From contig CAVQSP010000010.1 of the NCBI GenBank assembly GCA_963715985.1, forward strand, positions 192,001 to 256,000: DNA of 64,000 nt, read 5' to 3'. Shown here piece by piece: positions 1 to 8,318 of this stretch. Within the stretch, counting starts at the first letter, position 1. Every line of letters begins with the position of its first letter. A program made the position numbers and the translations under genes. The notes under the pieces were generated by a model. The model was not told the origin of the DNA. It made no database searches and was given only the letters and a program-made list of their open reading frames with translations. Source of the DNA: an uncultured Thermoleophilia bacterium (GTDB lineage Bacteria; Actinomycetota; Thermoleophilia; UBA2241).

Positions 1-139
1 CAAGGGCGTCGAGGGCCAGGCTGACCTCGGCGCCGCTGCCGTCCGCGTCTGCCCCATCTGCGGCCACACCGTCCTCGGCGATGCTCCGGACGAGTGCCCC
101 GTGTGCGGCACCGCCGGCTCGTACTTCAAGGAGTTCTGA
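1..139 (+). CDS. Rubrerythrin, C-terminal part (truncated by window start)
   Basis: Frame 2 reads ...VRVCPICGHTVLGDAPDECPVCGTAGSYFKEF-stop (TGA 137-139): a rubredoxin-like CxxC...CxxC domain closely resembling the C-terminus of the next gene. Confidence 0.85.
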   Translation, partial: KGVEGQADLGAAAVRVCPICGHTVLGDAPDECPVCGTAGSYFKEF

Positions 140-140
140 G

Positions 141-686
141 ATGGACGAGGCTTTCGAGAAGCGCCTTCCCAAGCCCGAAGAGCTCAACGCGATGACGAAG
201 GAGAGCCTCGCGGCCGCCTTCGCCGGTGAGAGCCAGGCGGCCGAGAAGTACCTCGTCTGGGCCGACCAGGCCGAGGAGGAAGGGTTCCCGAACGTCGCCA
301 AGCTGTTCCGCGCCATCTCCTTCGCCGAGACTCGCCACGCGCGCAATCACCTGCGCGTGATGGGCGGCATCGGCAGCACCGCCGACAACCTCGCCGCGGC
401 CTTCGGCGGCGAGAGCTTCGAGGTCGACGAGATGTACCCGGCCTACCACGAGATCGCGAAGCTGCAGGGCAACAACCAGGCCGTGCGCAGCATCAACTAC
501 GCGCTCAAGTCCGAGGTGGACCACAAGGGCCAGTACACCGCTGCCCGCGAGGCCGTCGTGGCCGGCAGCGACATCGCCGAGACGCAGGTCAACGTGTGCC
601 TCATCTGCGGTCACACCGTGGTCGGCGACGCGCCGGACAAGTGCCCCTACTGCGCCGCCACCAAGGAGTACTACCGCACGTTCTGA
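141..686 (+). CDS. rbr: Rubrerythrin
   Basis: AFAGESQA, EEEGFP, ETRHARNH, GESFEVDEMYP and EVDH di-iron ligands plus C-terminal CLICGH...CPYC; ATG at 141, just after the upstream stop. Confidence 0.93.
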   Translation: MDEAFEKRLPKPEELNAMTKESLAAAFAGESQAAEKYLVWADQAEEEGFPNVAKLFRAISFAETRHARNHLRVMGGIGSTADNLAAAFGGESFEVDEMYPAYHEIAKLQGNNQAVRSINYALKSEVDHKGQYTAAREAVVAGSDIAETQVNVCLICGHTVVGDAPDKCPYCAATKEYYRTF

Positions 687-922
687 TCGTCGGCGGAGGC
701 GCGGCGCCGCTTCGGCGGCCGCGCCCCGAGCAGCTTGACCCGGCGGGGCCGGGCGGCGACAGCCGCCCGGCCCCGCCGTCGTTCTCCGTTCATCCGGCGG
801 CGGCACTCCGCCATCGGCCCCGGCGATCAGCAGGCCACAGGCGGGTGGACCGAGGCCGCACCGGGTACACCCCCTTGCATGTGCAACTATTCTTCCAGCT
901 CTCCGCACAGGAGGGACGAGTG

Positions 923-1354
923 ATGGAACGCAAGAGCTTCGCACGGCCGTGGATCGCCGTCTCGGCAGTGCTGGTGATCGCCCTGCTCGTGGCGGCCTGC
1001 GGTGGTGCGGCCTCCGGGGCGGTGACGACGTCTTCGGCGAGTGCGCCGGTGTCCGGCGGAGGCATGGGGAGCGCGACCAGCGTGCTGATCGCGAGCTACG
1101 CCTTCTCGCCGCAGTCGATCACCGTCAAGGCGGGTACCACGGTCACCTGGACCAACAACGACTCGGTGCCGCACAACGTGGTCTCGGCCAGCGACGCCTC
1201 GACTGGCGCCTCGACGACGGACACGTTCGCCAGCGGCAACCTGACCCAGGGCCAGACGTTCAGCTACACGTTCGACACGGCCGGTACTTACTACTACGAG
1301 TGCTCCATCCATGCGTCGATGGCGACCATGCACGGGACGGTGGTCGTGCAGTAG
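923..1354 (+). CDS. Cupredoxin (plastocyanin/azurin-like) lipoprotein
   Basis: Lipobox LVAACGG; VTWTNNDSVPHNV and YYYECSIHASMATMHGTVVV supply type-1 Cu ligands (H, C, H, M); RBS AGGAGG upstream. Confidence 0.88.
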   Translation: MERKSFARPWIAVSAVLVIALLVAACGGAASGAVTTSSASAPVSGGGMGSATSVLIASYAFSPQSITVKAGTTVTWTNNDSVPHNVVSASDASTGASTTDTFASGNLTQGQTFSYTFDTAGTYYYECSIHASMATMHGTVVVQ

Positions 1355-1359
1355 TGACG

Positions 1360-1400
1360 CGAGCCCCCGGGGCGGCGCTGCGCGCCGCCCCGGGGGCTCG
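1360..1400. terminator. GC-rich hairpin between convergent genes
   Basis: 19-bp perfect inverted repeat CGAGCCCCCGGGGCGGCGC-tgc-GCGCCGCCCCGGGGGCTCG. Confidence 0.65.
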
Positions 1401-1457
1401 TCACATGGCTTGGTCTGATCGCCCGGTCCGGCGTGCCCGGCGCGGGGCGAACTCGCG

Positions 1458-2189
1458 TCAGCCGCCTGCGGCCGACGCCGAGGGGGACGGCGAGGCGGTC
1501 AGCGTGGCAGGGTCGTAGCCGGCCGCGTACTCGACGCCGATGTCCTCGGCGCGCTGCCTCAGCCAGTCGGCCCACGTCGCGTCCTGGGCCGCCTGCAGAA
1601 GCGTTGCCTGGATGGTCGCCTTCGCCTTCGCGAACGTGGCCGTCTTCTTCTTCTTGCTCAGCTCGCTCTTGTGGGCGTCCCAGTAAGCCTGCATCTCCTC
1701 GTCGCTGACCTTGACGTCCTTCACGACCTTGGCCTGCAGTTTCTGCGTGAGGAGCTGCGACCTGATCGTCCGCTCGAGGAGGTCTTGGGTCATGCCCGCC
1801 TGCGTGAGCATCGCCTCAAACGCCTTGGCGCCACCGTAGGCTTCCTGCATCTTGGAGATCTGGTCCTTGACCTCCGTGTCGGTGACGGATACGTCGTACT
1901 TGGCCGCGCTCTTGGCGATGACCTGGAGCTGTACGAGATAGTCCACGATCTGGCCCGTGTACCGGTCGTACTCGGCCGTGCCCACTTTCGGGTAGCTCGA
2001 TCCCTGTGCCTTGAGCTGGGCTGTGGCCTGGGCGACGAGCTCGTCGTACTGCGCTTTGGTGATGGTGGTGTCGCCGACGGTCGCGACCGCGTCGCTCGGC
2101 ACGCTGCCGCCGCTCCCGCCGCAACCGGCCGCGGCGAGGATCCCGAGCAGCGCGAGAACGAGGATGACGGCGCCGGTCTTGCGTTTCAC
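1458..2189 (-). CDS. PrsA/SurA N-terminal-domain lipoprotein (foldase-like), paralog 1
   Basis: Lipobox AAAGCGG; DAVATVGDTTITKAQY, VSVTDTEV and VSDEEMQAYW typical of SurA_N/PrsA; no parvulin domain seen. Confidence 0.8.
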   Translation of the reverse strand: MKRKTGAVILVLALLGILAAAGCGGSGGSVPSDAVATVGDTTITKAQYDELVAQATAQLKAQGSSYPKVGTAEYDRYTGQIVDYLVQLQVIAKSAAKYDVSVTDTEVKDQISKMQEAYGGAKAFEAMLTQAGMTQDLLERTIRSQLLTQKLQAKVVKDVKVSDEEMQAYWDAHKSELSKKKKTATFAKAKATIQATLLQAAQDATWADWLRQRAEDIGVEYAAGYDPATLTASPSPSASAAGG

Positions 2190-2240
2190 GTGACCCCCTC
2201 GATGGGACCTGGACAGACCGCAGGATGCTAGTACATCCCC

Positions 2241-2279
2241 CTGAGCATCATCTGTGACGAAGCTGAGAGCAACCTGAGA
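2241..2279 (-). promoter_or_regulatory. Four 11-bp-period direct repeats (TCTCAG-like), OmpR-family/MprA-box-like operator
   Basis: + strand CTGAG 2241, CTGTG 2252, CTGAG 2263, CTGAG 2274; upstream of 1458..2189. Confidence 0.65.
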
Positions 2280-2336
2280 GACACGCTTCAGGAGGCTGGA
2301 CCGACGTTCCTCGACGCGTGCGGTGCCGCGGGGGTC

Positions 2337-3059
2337 TCAGCTGGGGGATGCGGAGGCGGACGGCGTGGGCATGGTGGCCGGATCGTAGCCTTCCGCGTAC
2401 GTCACGCCCAGCTCCTTGCCGCGCTTCTCCAGCCAGGCGGCCCACGCCTCACGCTGAGCTGCCGCCAGGAGTGTGGCGCGGATGATCGGCTTGGCCTTCG
2501 CGAACGTCGCCGTCTTCTCCGTCTGGCTGAGCTCGTCCTTGTGGGCGGTCCAGTAGCCCTTGACCTGGCCGTCGGTGACCTGCGTGCCTTTGAGGACCGC
2601 GGCCTGCACGCCCTGCGTGACCAGACGCGTCTTCATCGACGCCCTGAACATGGCCTCAGTCAGCCCGGCGTCCTGGAGCTTCGCCGTGAGCTGGGCCGCG
2701 CCGCCGAAGGCCTCCTCCATCTTCGCGATCTGGTCGGCCACCTCGGCGTCGGTGACCGACACGCCGTACTTGGGGGCGCTCAGGAGGACGATCTGGTTCT
2801 GGACGAGGTAGTCGACGATCGGGACGGCGTACTCGTTGTAGGCCGGCGTGCCCGCCTTGGGGAAGTCCGCGCCCTGCTGCTTGAGCTGGGCTGTGGCCTG
2901 GGCGATGAGCTCGTCGAACTGCGCCTTGGTGACGCTCGTGCCGCCCACGGTGGCGATGGCGTCGCCGGACACGCCGCCGCCGCTTCCGCCGCAGCCGGCG
3001 GCGGCGAGGACGCCCAGCAGCACGAGCGCGAGGAAGATGGCTGAGGCCTTGCGTGTCAC
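2337..3059 (-). CDS. PrsA/SurA N-terminal-domain lipoprotein, paralog 2
   Basis: Colinear and highly similar to 1458..2189 (KAQFDELIAQATAQLK, IVDYLVQ, KTATFAKAK, GYDPAT). Confidence 0.8.
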   Translation of the reverse strand: MTRKASAIFLALVLLGVLAAAGCGGSGGGVSGDAIATVGGTSVTKAQFDELIAQATAQLKQQGADFPKAGTPAYNEYAVPIVDYLVQNQIVLLSAPKYGVSVTDAEVADQIAKMEEAFGGAAQLTAKLQDAGLTEAMFRASMKTRLVTQGVQAAVLKGTQVTDGQVKGYWTAHKDELSQTEKTATFAKAKPIIRATLLAAAQREAWAAWLEKRGKELGVTYAEGYDPATMPTPSASASPS

Positions 3060-3324
3060 GTGACTCCCCTCGAGAGAACGCGGATCGGCGCCGGAGTGGG
3101 CTTGGACTCCGGCAGCGCCTGCGATTGTAGCGGGTCTGGCCGAGCGGCGTCCGCGCGGGAGCCCGCTGAGACTGGAGGGAGTGTTGCTGCGGGGGCCCCG
3201 GCGTGCGCCGCGAGACGCCAGCCCCCGCCCGACTCATGCGACGGGGCGACGTGCCATGCCATATGGTCTAGAATCTGCCGGCACGCGCGGGCTGAGCCCG
3301 CGGCATCGTCAGGAGGTCCGCGAC

Positions 3325-3777
3325 GTGGGTTACAACTTCGGTGTCGGCCGCGAGGCGCCGACCTTCACGCTCAGCGCCGCCGACGGCAACGAGATCGCCC
3401 TCGCGCAGTACCGCGGCGACTGGCTTCCCGTTCTTGTGTTCCTGCCCGCCGCGGATCCCGGTGCCGGCGCCGCGCTGACCGGGCTGAGCGCGGCCGCCGA
3501 CACGCTCTGGGGCCTGCGCGGCCAACTGCTCGGCGTGTGTGACGCCGGCGCGGACGCGCTCCGCGACCTGGCCGCATCCACCGAGGGCCTCTCCTTCCCG
3601 CTGCTCGCGGACGACGGCACCGTGGCCCGCGCGTACGGGGCGCTCAAGCCGGACGGCGCGCTGCGGCCGATGGTGTTCGTAGTGGACCGCGCGGGCAAGA
3701 TCGTGTGGAGCGGCGAGGGCGCCGAGGCGCTCGTGCCGGAGGCCATCGTGGCGGCGTTCCGCCAGGTGGTGCGCTGA
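3325..3777 (+). CDS. AhpC/TSA (peroxiredoxin-like) redoxin lacking the peroxidatic Cys
   Basis: AGGAGG RBS then GTG; VGREAPTFTL...VLVFLP, LSFPLLAD, VARAYG and FVVDRAGKI match the redoxin fold; the PxxxTxxC position has no Cys. Confidence 0.75.
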   Translation: MGYNFGVGREAPTFTLSAADGNEIALAQYRGDWLPVLVFLPAADPGAGAALTGLSAAADTLWGLRGQLLGVCDAGADALRDLAASTEGLSFPLLADDGTVARAYGALKPDGALRPMVFVVDRAGKIVWSGEGAEALVPEAIVAAFRQVVR

Positions 3778-3844
3778 TTCCTGTTCCTTTCCCGGTGCGC
3801 GGGGGAAAACAGGACAGGAAGCACCCGAAAAGGAGCCCCTCCCC

Positions 3845-4213
3845 ATGATCGTCGGTCAGACCATGTTCAGCGTGCTCAAGGGCACGGAGCACCGCGCCGA
3901 GGCAGCTCTGCAGGAGCTCGCCGCCACCGTGAGTGTCGCGCCCGGACACGGCAGCCATCGCATCCTGCGCTCCTTCGGCATGTCGCCGCTGGCCAGCGCC
4001 TTGCACGACGAGGGCCGTGAGGCCGCGCTCGGCGACGTGCACTTCGTCTTCGAGACGCAGTGGGAGTCGCTGCAGGACCACGACGCGTTCTACGCCGGCA
4101 ACGCCGTGCGCCGCGTGTACTCCACCCTGCAGTCCATCCTCACCAGCGGACCGTTCGAGGTGCTGTACGACGGGCTTGTGGAGCAGCCCGAGCACGACAA
4201 TGTGGCCATTTAG
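3845..4213 (+). CDS. ABM/IsdG-like dimeric alpha-beta barrel protein
   Basis: AAGGAG RBS; FSVLKGTEH...APGH...FETQWESLQDHDAF resembles the ABM WES motif. Confidence 0.55.
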   Translation: MIVGQTMFSVLKGTEHRAEAALQELAATVSVAPGHGSHRILRSFGMSPLASALHDEGREAALGDVHFVFETQWESLQDHDAFYAGNAVRRVYSTLQSILTSGPFEVLYDGLVEQPEHDNVAI

Positions 4214-4541
4214 TCGCGGTTCGTCGGGCGTCGCCGTCGGCGACGTCGACGTGCGCGAGGCGTACGATCGGTGCCGGCGTGGCGCGAAGCTCGTCGACGT
4301 GCGCTCCCCCGGCGAGTTCCGGGGGTCGCGCGCCAAGGGCGCTCGCAACGTGTCGCCCGACCAGATCAAGAGGGACGCCACCGGGCTCAAGCGGGACGAC
4401 GAGCTCCTCGTCATCTGTGCGAGCGGCCACCGCAGCTCGCGCGCCGCGCGCCAGCTTGCAGGCATGGGGTTCACCAACGTGAGCAACGTGCGCGGCGGCC
4501 TGCACGCGTGGAGGAGCGCCGGGCTGCCGCTCAAGAAGTAG
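4200..4541 (+). CDS. Single-domain rhodanese (sulfurtransferase)
   Basis: LVDVRSPGEF, active-site loop VICASGHRS, NVRGGLHAW; overlaps the end of the upstream gene. Confidence 0.9.
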   Translation: MWPFSRGSSGVAVGDVDVREAYDRCRRGAKLVDVRSPGEFRGSRAKGARNVSPDQIKRDATGLKRDDELLVICASGHRSSRAARQLAGMGFTNVSNVRGGLHAWRSAGLPLKK

Positions 4542-4571
4542 TGCGGTGAGGGCGCGGCACGCGCGCCCGGG

Positions 4572-4790
4572 TCAGACGCGTCAGCCGCCGGCCGATACCT
4601 GTACCGTGCCGTCCTCCTCCACGATGACCGGCACGATCATGCTGCCGAGGGTGAGTTCGGCGAGCTTCTCGGTGGCGCCGGGCGCGGTGGTGACGTCCAC
4701 GTCCTCGTACTCCACGCCCCGTGCGATGAGGTCGTTGCGGGCGGCGGTGCAGTACGGGCATCCGGGCTTGGTGTAGATGACGACGGACAC
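4572..4790 (-). CDS. Glutaredoxin-like UXX-star (seleno)protein; TGA at 4581-4583 probably selenocysteine
   Basis: YTKPGCPYC and IVPVI; 3' end reads GGC GGC TGA CGC GTC TGA (G-G-U-R-V-stop), with a hairpin directly after the first TGA. Confidence 0.75.
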
Positions 4791-4890
4791 GGACCCTCCT
4801 CTGACGGCGGCCCGGCAGGCCCGGACCTCTCCAAGTCTACAGCGGTTCCAACGCCTGCGGGCCTTCGCCGCCAGTCTCGATCGCCGCCGG

Positions 4891-7482
4891 CTAGCGCCGG
4901 AACAGCCGCAAGCCGTTGGCCGTGACCAGCAGCGACGTGCCCATGTCGGCGAACACCGCCAGCCAGAGGCTCACGAGGCCCAGAGGAGCGAGCACCAGGA
5001 AGAGCCCCTTCACGGCGATCGAGAAGACGATGTTCTGCCAGATGATGCGCTTGGTGCGGCGGCCGAGGAGGATGACGCCGGGGACGGCCGTGAGGTCGTC
5101 GCCCATGAGCGCGATGTCGGCGGTCTGAAGCGCCGCGTCGGTGCCGGCCGCTCCCATGGCGATGCCGAGCGTGGCCGTGGCGAGAGCGGGGGCGTCGTTG
5201 ACGCCGTCGCCGACCATGGCGACCGCGTCGTAGCGGTCGCGCAACTCGGCGACGGCGGCCACCTTGTCGGCGGGCAGGAGGCCGGCACTGCACGTCGTCG
5301 ATGCCGGCCTGCGCGGCGATCGGCCGCGGCCGTCTCTGCGTTGTCGCCGGTCAGCATGGTGATGTGCTCGACGCCGAGCGCGCGCAGGCGCGCGACGGCG
5401 TCGGCGGCGCCGTCGCGCAGCGGGTCGCTGACGGCGATGACGCCCAGCGCGCCGTGCTCGTCGCCGACGGCCACGGCGGTCTTGCCCTCGCGCTCGAGGC
5501 GCGAGACGGCGGCGACCAGCTCGGGGTCGGCGGCGTGCACGCCGAGCAGCTCCGGGCGCCCGGCGAAGCAGAGGCGCCCGCCGATCTCGCCGCGCACGCC
5601 CTTGCCGGGGATCGCGCGGAAGCGCTCGACCACAGGTGCGTGCGCGTGGTCCTCGCGGGACTCGTGCACGTGGTCGGCGCGGGAGCTGTGCGCCGGGCCA
5701 TCGCAGGCGCAGGCATCCGGCGCGGAGTCGTCGCAGCCGCAGCCGCGGGCGCCGCGCGCGTGCGAGCACGGCGCGTGCCAGCGGGTGCTCGCTGAGCCGC
5801 TCCAGGGCTGCGGCCACCTTCAGCACCTCGTCCTCACTCGCCCCGCCCACCGCCACGACGTCGGTGACCTGCGGCCGGCCCACGGTGAGCGTGCCGGTCT
5901 TGTCGACGGCCACCGCCCTCAGGCCGGCGGCCTGCTCGAGGAACACGCCGCCCTTGATGAGCACGCCGTTGCGCGTGGCCCGCGCCAGAGCCGCGAGGAT
6001 GCTCACCGGGGTGCTGATCACGAGCGCGCACGGGCAGCTGATGATGAGCAGCGCGAGGCCGCGATAGAACCAGGTGTCGAACGAGGCGCCGAACAGCGGC
6101 GGCACGAAGGCGACGGCCGCCGCCAGCGCCACCACCGCGGGCGTGTAGCGGGCCGCGAAGCGGTCCACGATGCTCTGGGCGGGGGCACGCTGCGCCTGCG
6201 CCTCTTCCACGAGATGGACGATCCTGGCCACGGTGTTGTCGGAGCCCACCGCCGTGGCCCGCAGCCGCAGCGTGCCGCCCTCGACGATGGAGCCGGCGAA
6301 CACCTGGTCGCCCGGGCGCCTTGGTGACCGGGCGCGACTCGCCCGTGACCTGGGACTGGTCTGCTGCCGCGTGCCCGTCGATGACGATGCCGTCCACGGC
6401 GACGCGTTGCCCGGGGCGAGCGAGCACCACGTCGCCGGGCCGCACCTCTTCCACGGGGACCGTGGTCTCCTGCCCGTCGCGCAGCACGGCGGCCTCCGGG
6501 GGCGTCAGTGCCATGAGCCCGGTGATGGCGCGACGGGTCCGCTCCAGCGTGGCGACCTGCAGCACCGTGCCGAGGCCGAAGAGGAAGGTGACGAGGCCGG
6601 CCTCCGACCACTGTCCGATGGCTGCGGCGCCGACGGCGGCCAGCGTCATGAGGACGTTCATGTCCACCTGGCGGGCGCGGAGGCTGAAGAAGGCGGCGCG
6701 GGCCACGAAGGCCCCGCCCGCGACCATCGCCGCGGCGAAGAGCCAGGGCGAGGCGGCCGGCCACACGGCCTCGGCGACGAAGCCGGCGACGATGAAGATG
6801 CCGGAGACCAAGGTGAGCGCGGCGCGCCCGTCGCTGAGCCAGAAGCCGCGCGTCGGGGCTCGCGCTGCTCGCGCGGACGGCCGCGCCGGAGCCCTGCGGG
6901 CGCGCGGCCGCCTTCTCCTGCGCGCGCTCGAGCGTGTCGTAGCCGAGCCGCCGCACCGCTGTGTAGACGCGATCGAGGTCGGTGCGCGACGGGTCGATGG
7001 CCAGGGCGAGCGTGGCGGCGCCGAAGTTGACGTCCGCCCGGCGCACGCCACGTCTCTTTGCGCAGCGCACTCTGCAGCTTGACGGCGCAGTCGGCGCAGT
7101 CCATGCCGGTGACGTGCAGGATGCGCTGCTCGCTGCCGTCCTCGCCGGGCAGCGGTATGAGCAGATCGAGTTCGCCGTGGTCGTGCACGGCGAGCGGGCA
7201 GTGGTCGCTGCAGTGAGCCTGGGCGCCCGCGCGCCGCGCGTACGTGCGCACGGCGGTCGCGTCCAGCACCCCCTCGTCGAAGTGCACGCTCAGCAGGCCG
7301 CGAGAGACGTCTGCCTCGATGGCGTGGACGCCGTCCACGCGGCCGAGCTCGCGGCTCACCTCTTCCACGCACCCTCCACACTCGGCCTCGCGCGGCAGCA
7401 GCAGGGCGAGCTCCAGGGTGTGCTCGGTGAGCGCTGCGCTTTCGGCGCCCCGCTCGCTGAGCCCGCTGCGTCGCTCAGTCAT
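4891..7482 (-). CDS. cadA: Heavy-metal P1B-type ATPase (CadA/ZntA-like), split by several frameshifts
   Basis: Across frames: ECGGC and GMDCADC metal-binding domains, TGES, ISCPCALVISTP, DKTGTLT, SEHPLA, MLTGDN, VGDGVNDAPALA; ATG overlaps the ArsR stop (ATGA). Confidence 0.88.
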
Positions 7483-7916
7483 CTGAGCTCGCCTCCCGCC
7501 GGCCTCACCCAGCCGCCGTGCCGCACGTGCTCGCGCGTGATGTCCAGCAGCACGCGGATGTGCGCGTCGTCGGGCGAGTAGAACACCATCTTGCCGTCGC
7601 GGCGGGCGCGCACGAGGCCGTTGCTGCGCAGCACGCGCAGGTGGTGACTCACGTTGGACTCGCTCATCTCCACGGCGGCGGCGAGGTCGCACACGCACAG
7701 CTCGCCGGCCTCGATGATGGCCTCCACCAGACGGCAGCGGCTCGGGTCGGCGAGGACCTTGAACAGGCCCGAGATCGCCGCGGTCTCCTCCGCGCCCGCC
7801 AGCCCCTCACGCACCGTGCGCACCCGCGCAGGGTCCACCACGGTGACATCGCAGTGGTCGAGACGTTCGGCCTCGTCCTTGCCGCAGATCACGTCGTCGG
7901 ACATCAGGTACCCCAT
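7479..7916 (-). CDS. ArsR/SmtB/CadC-family metal-sensing repressor
   Basis: FKVLADPSRCRL, ELCVCDLA, SNVSHHLRVL, alpha5-like DDAH...EHVRH; N-terminal Cys residues. Confidence 0.93.
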   Translation of the reverse strand: MGYLMSDDVICGKDEAERLDHCDVTVVDPARVRTVREGLAGAEETAAISGLFKVLADPSRCRLVEAIIEAGELCVCDLAAAVEMSESNVSHHLRVLRSNGLVRARRDGKMVFYSPDDAHIRVLLDITREHVRHGGWVRPAGGELR

Positions 7917-7923
7917 ATCTGAA

Positions 7924-7945
7924 CATATGAGCGGACATTCATATG
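7924..7945. promoter_or_regulatory. SmtB/CadC-type operator
   Basis: Inverted repeat CATATGA-N8-TCATATG immediately upstream of the ArsR start. Confidence 0.75.
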
Positions 7946-8001
7946 ATACCCGTCAGCCGCCCGTGTGCCAAGTGCTGTGAGGGCCATTGGGCGGGGGGCC
8001 T

Positions 8002-8190
8002 GGACACGGCGCCGTGGTCTCCTCGCCGGCCTCGTTCACGCGTCCGCTCGTCGTCGGCTGGAAGGTCCGGCCGTCCACCACGACCAGCTCCCCCGTCGAG
8101 GTCGTCTAATGCGCCGGCCGCGAAGTCGCCGTGCTCCCGGATCGTCTTGAGGGGGATGTGCCGGTTGTAGACGCCCTCGTCGAGGGCGCT
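8002..8190 (-). pseudogene. Fragment of alpha-acetolactate decarboxylase (budA/aldB-like)
   Basis: SALDEGVYNRHIPLKTIREHGDFAAGALDDLDG, then after a frameshift ELVVVDGRTFQPTTSGRVNEAGEETTAP; resembles the ALDC N-terminal HGDFGxGT..LDGE motif; no start or C-terminal half. Confidence 0.6.
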
Positions 8191-8247
8191 TTCCGGCGAA
8201 CGGCTGGCCCTCCGGCGGTCGCGTGGAGATCCGCCGCGAAGAAGCAA

Positions 8248-8280
8248 GAGGGCGGGGCGCGCCGCGAGCGCCCCGCCCTC
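8248..8280 (-). terminator. Hairpin downstream of htrA
   Basis: GAGGGCGGGGCGC...GCGCCCCGCCCTC, followed by TTGCTTCTT on the minus strand. Confidence 0.6.
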
Positions 8281-8318
8281 GTCACGCCGGCCCTTGCGGG
8301 CCGCCGGTCCTGCGGCCG

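Noticed and set aside
1440-1470. Sec readthrough at other GG-TGA gene ends (PrsA-like 1458, mntH 15075, cytochrome 16522)
   Set aside because: No second stop two codons later and no redox-family precedent; TGA is simply the common stop in this genome.
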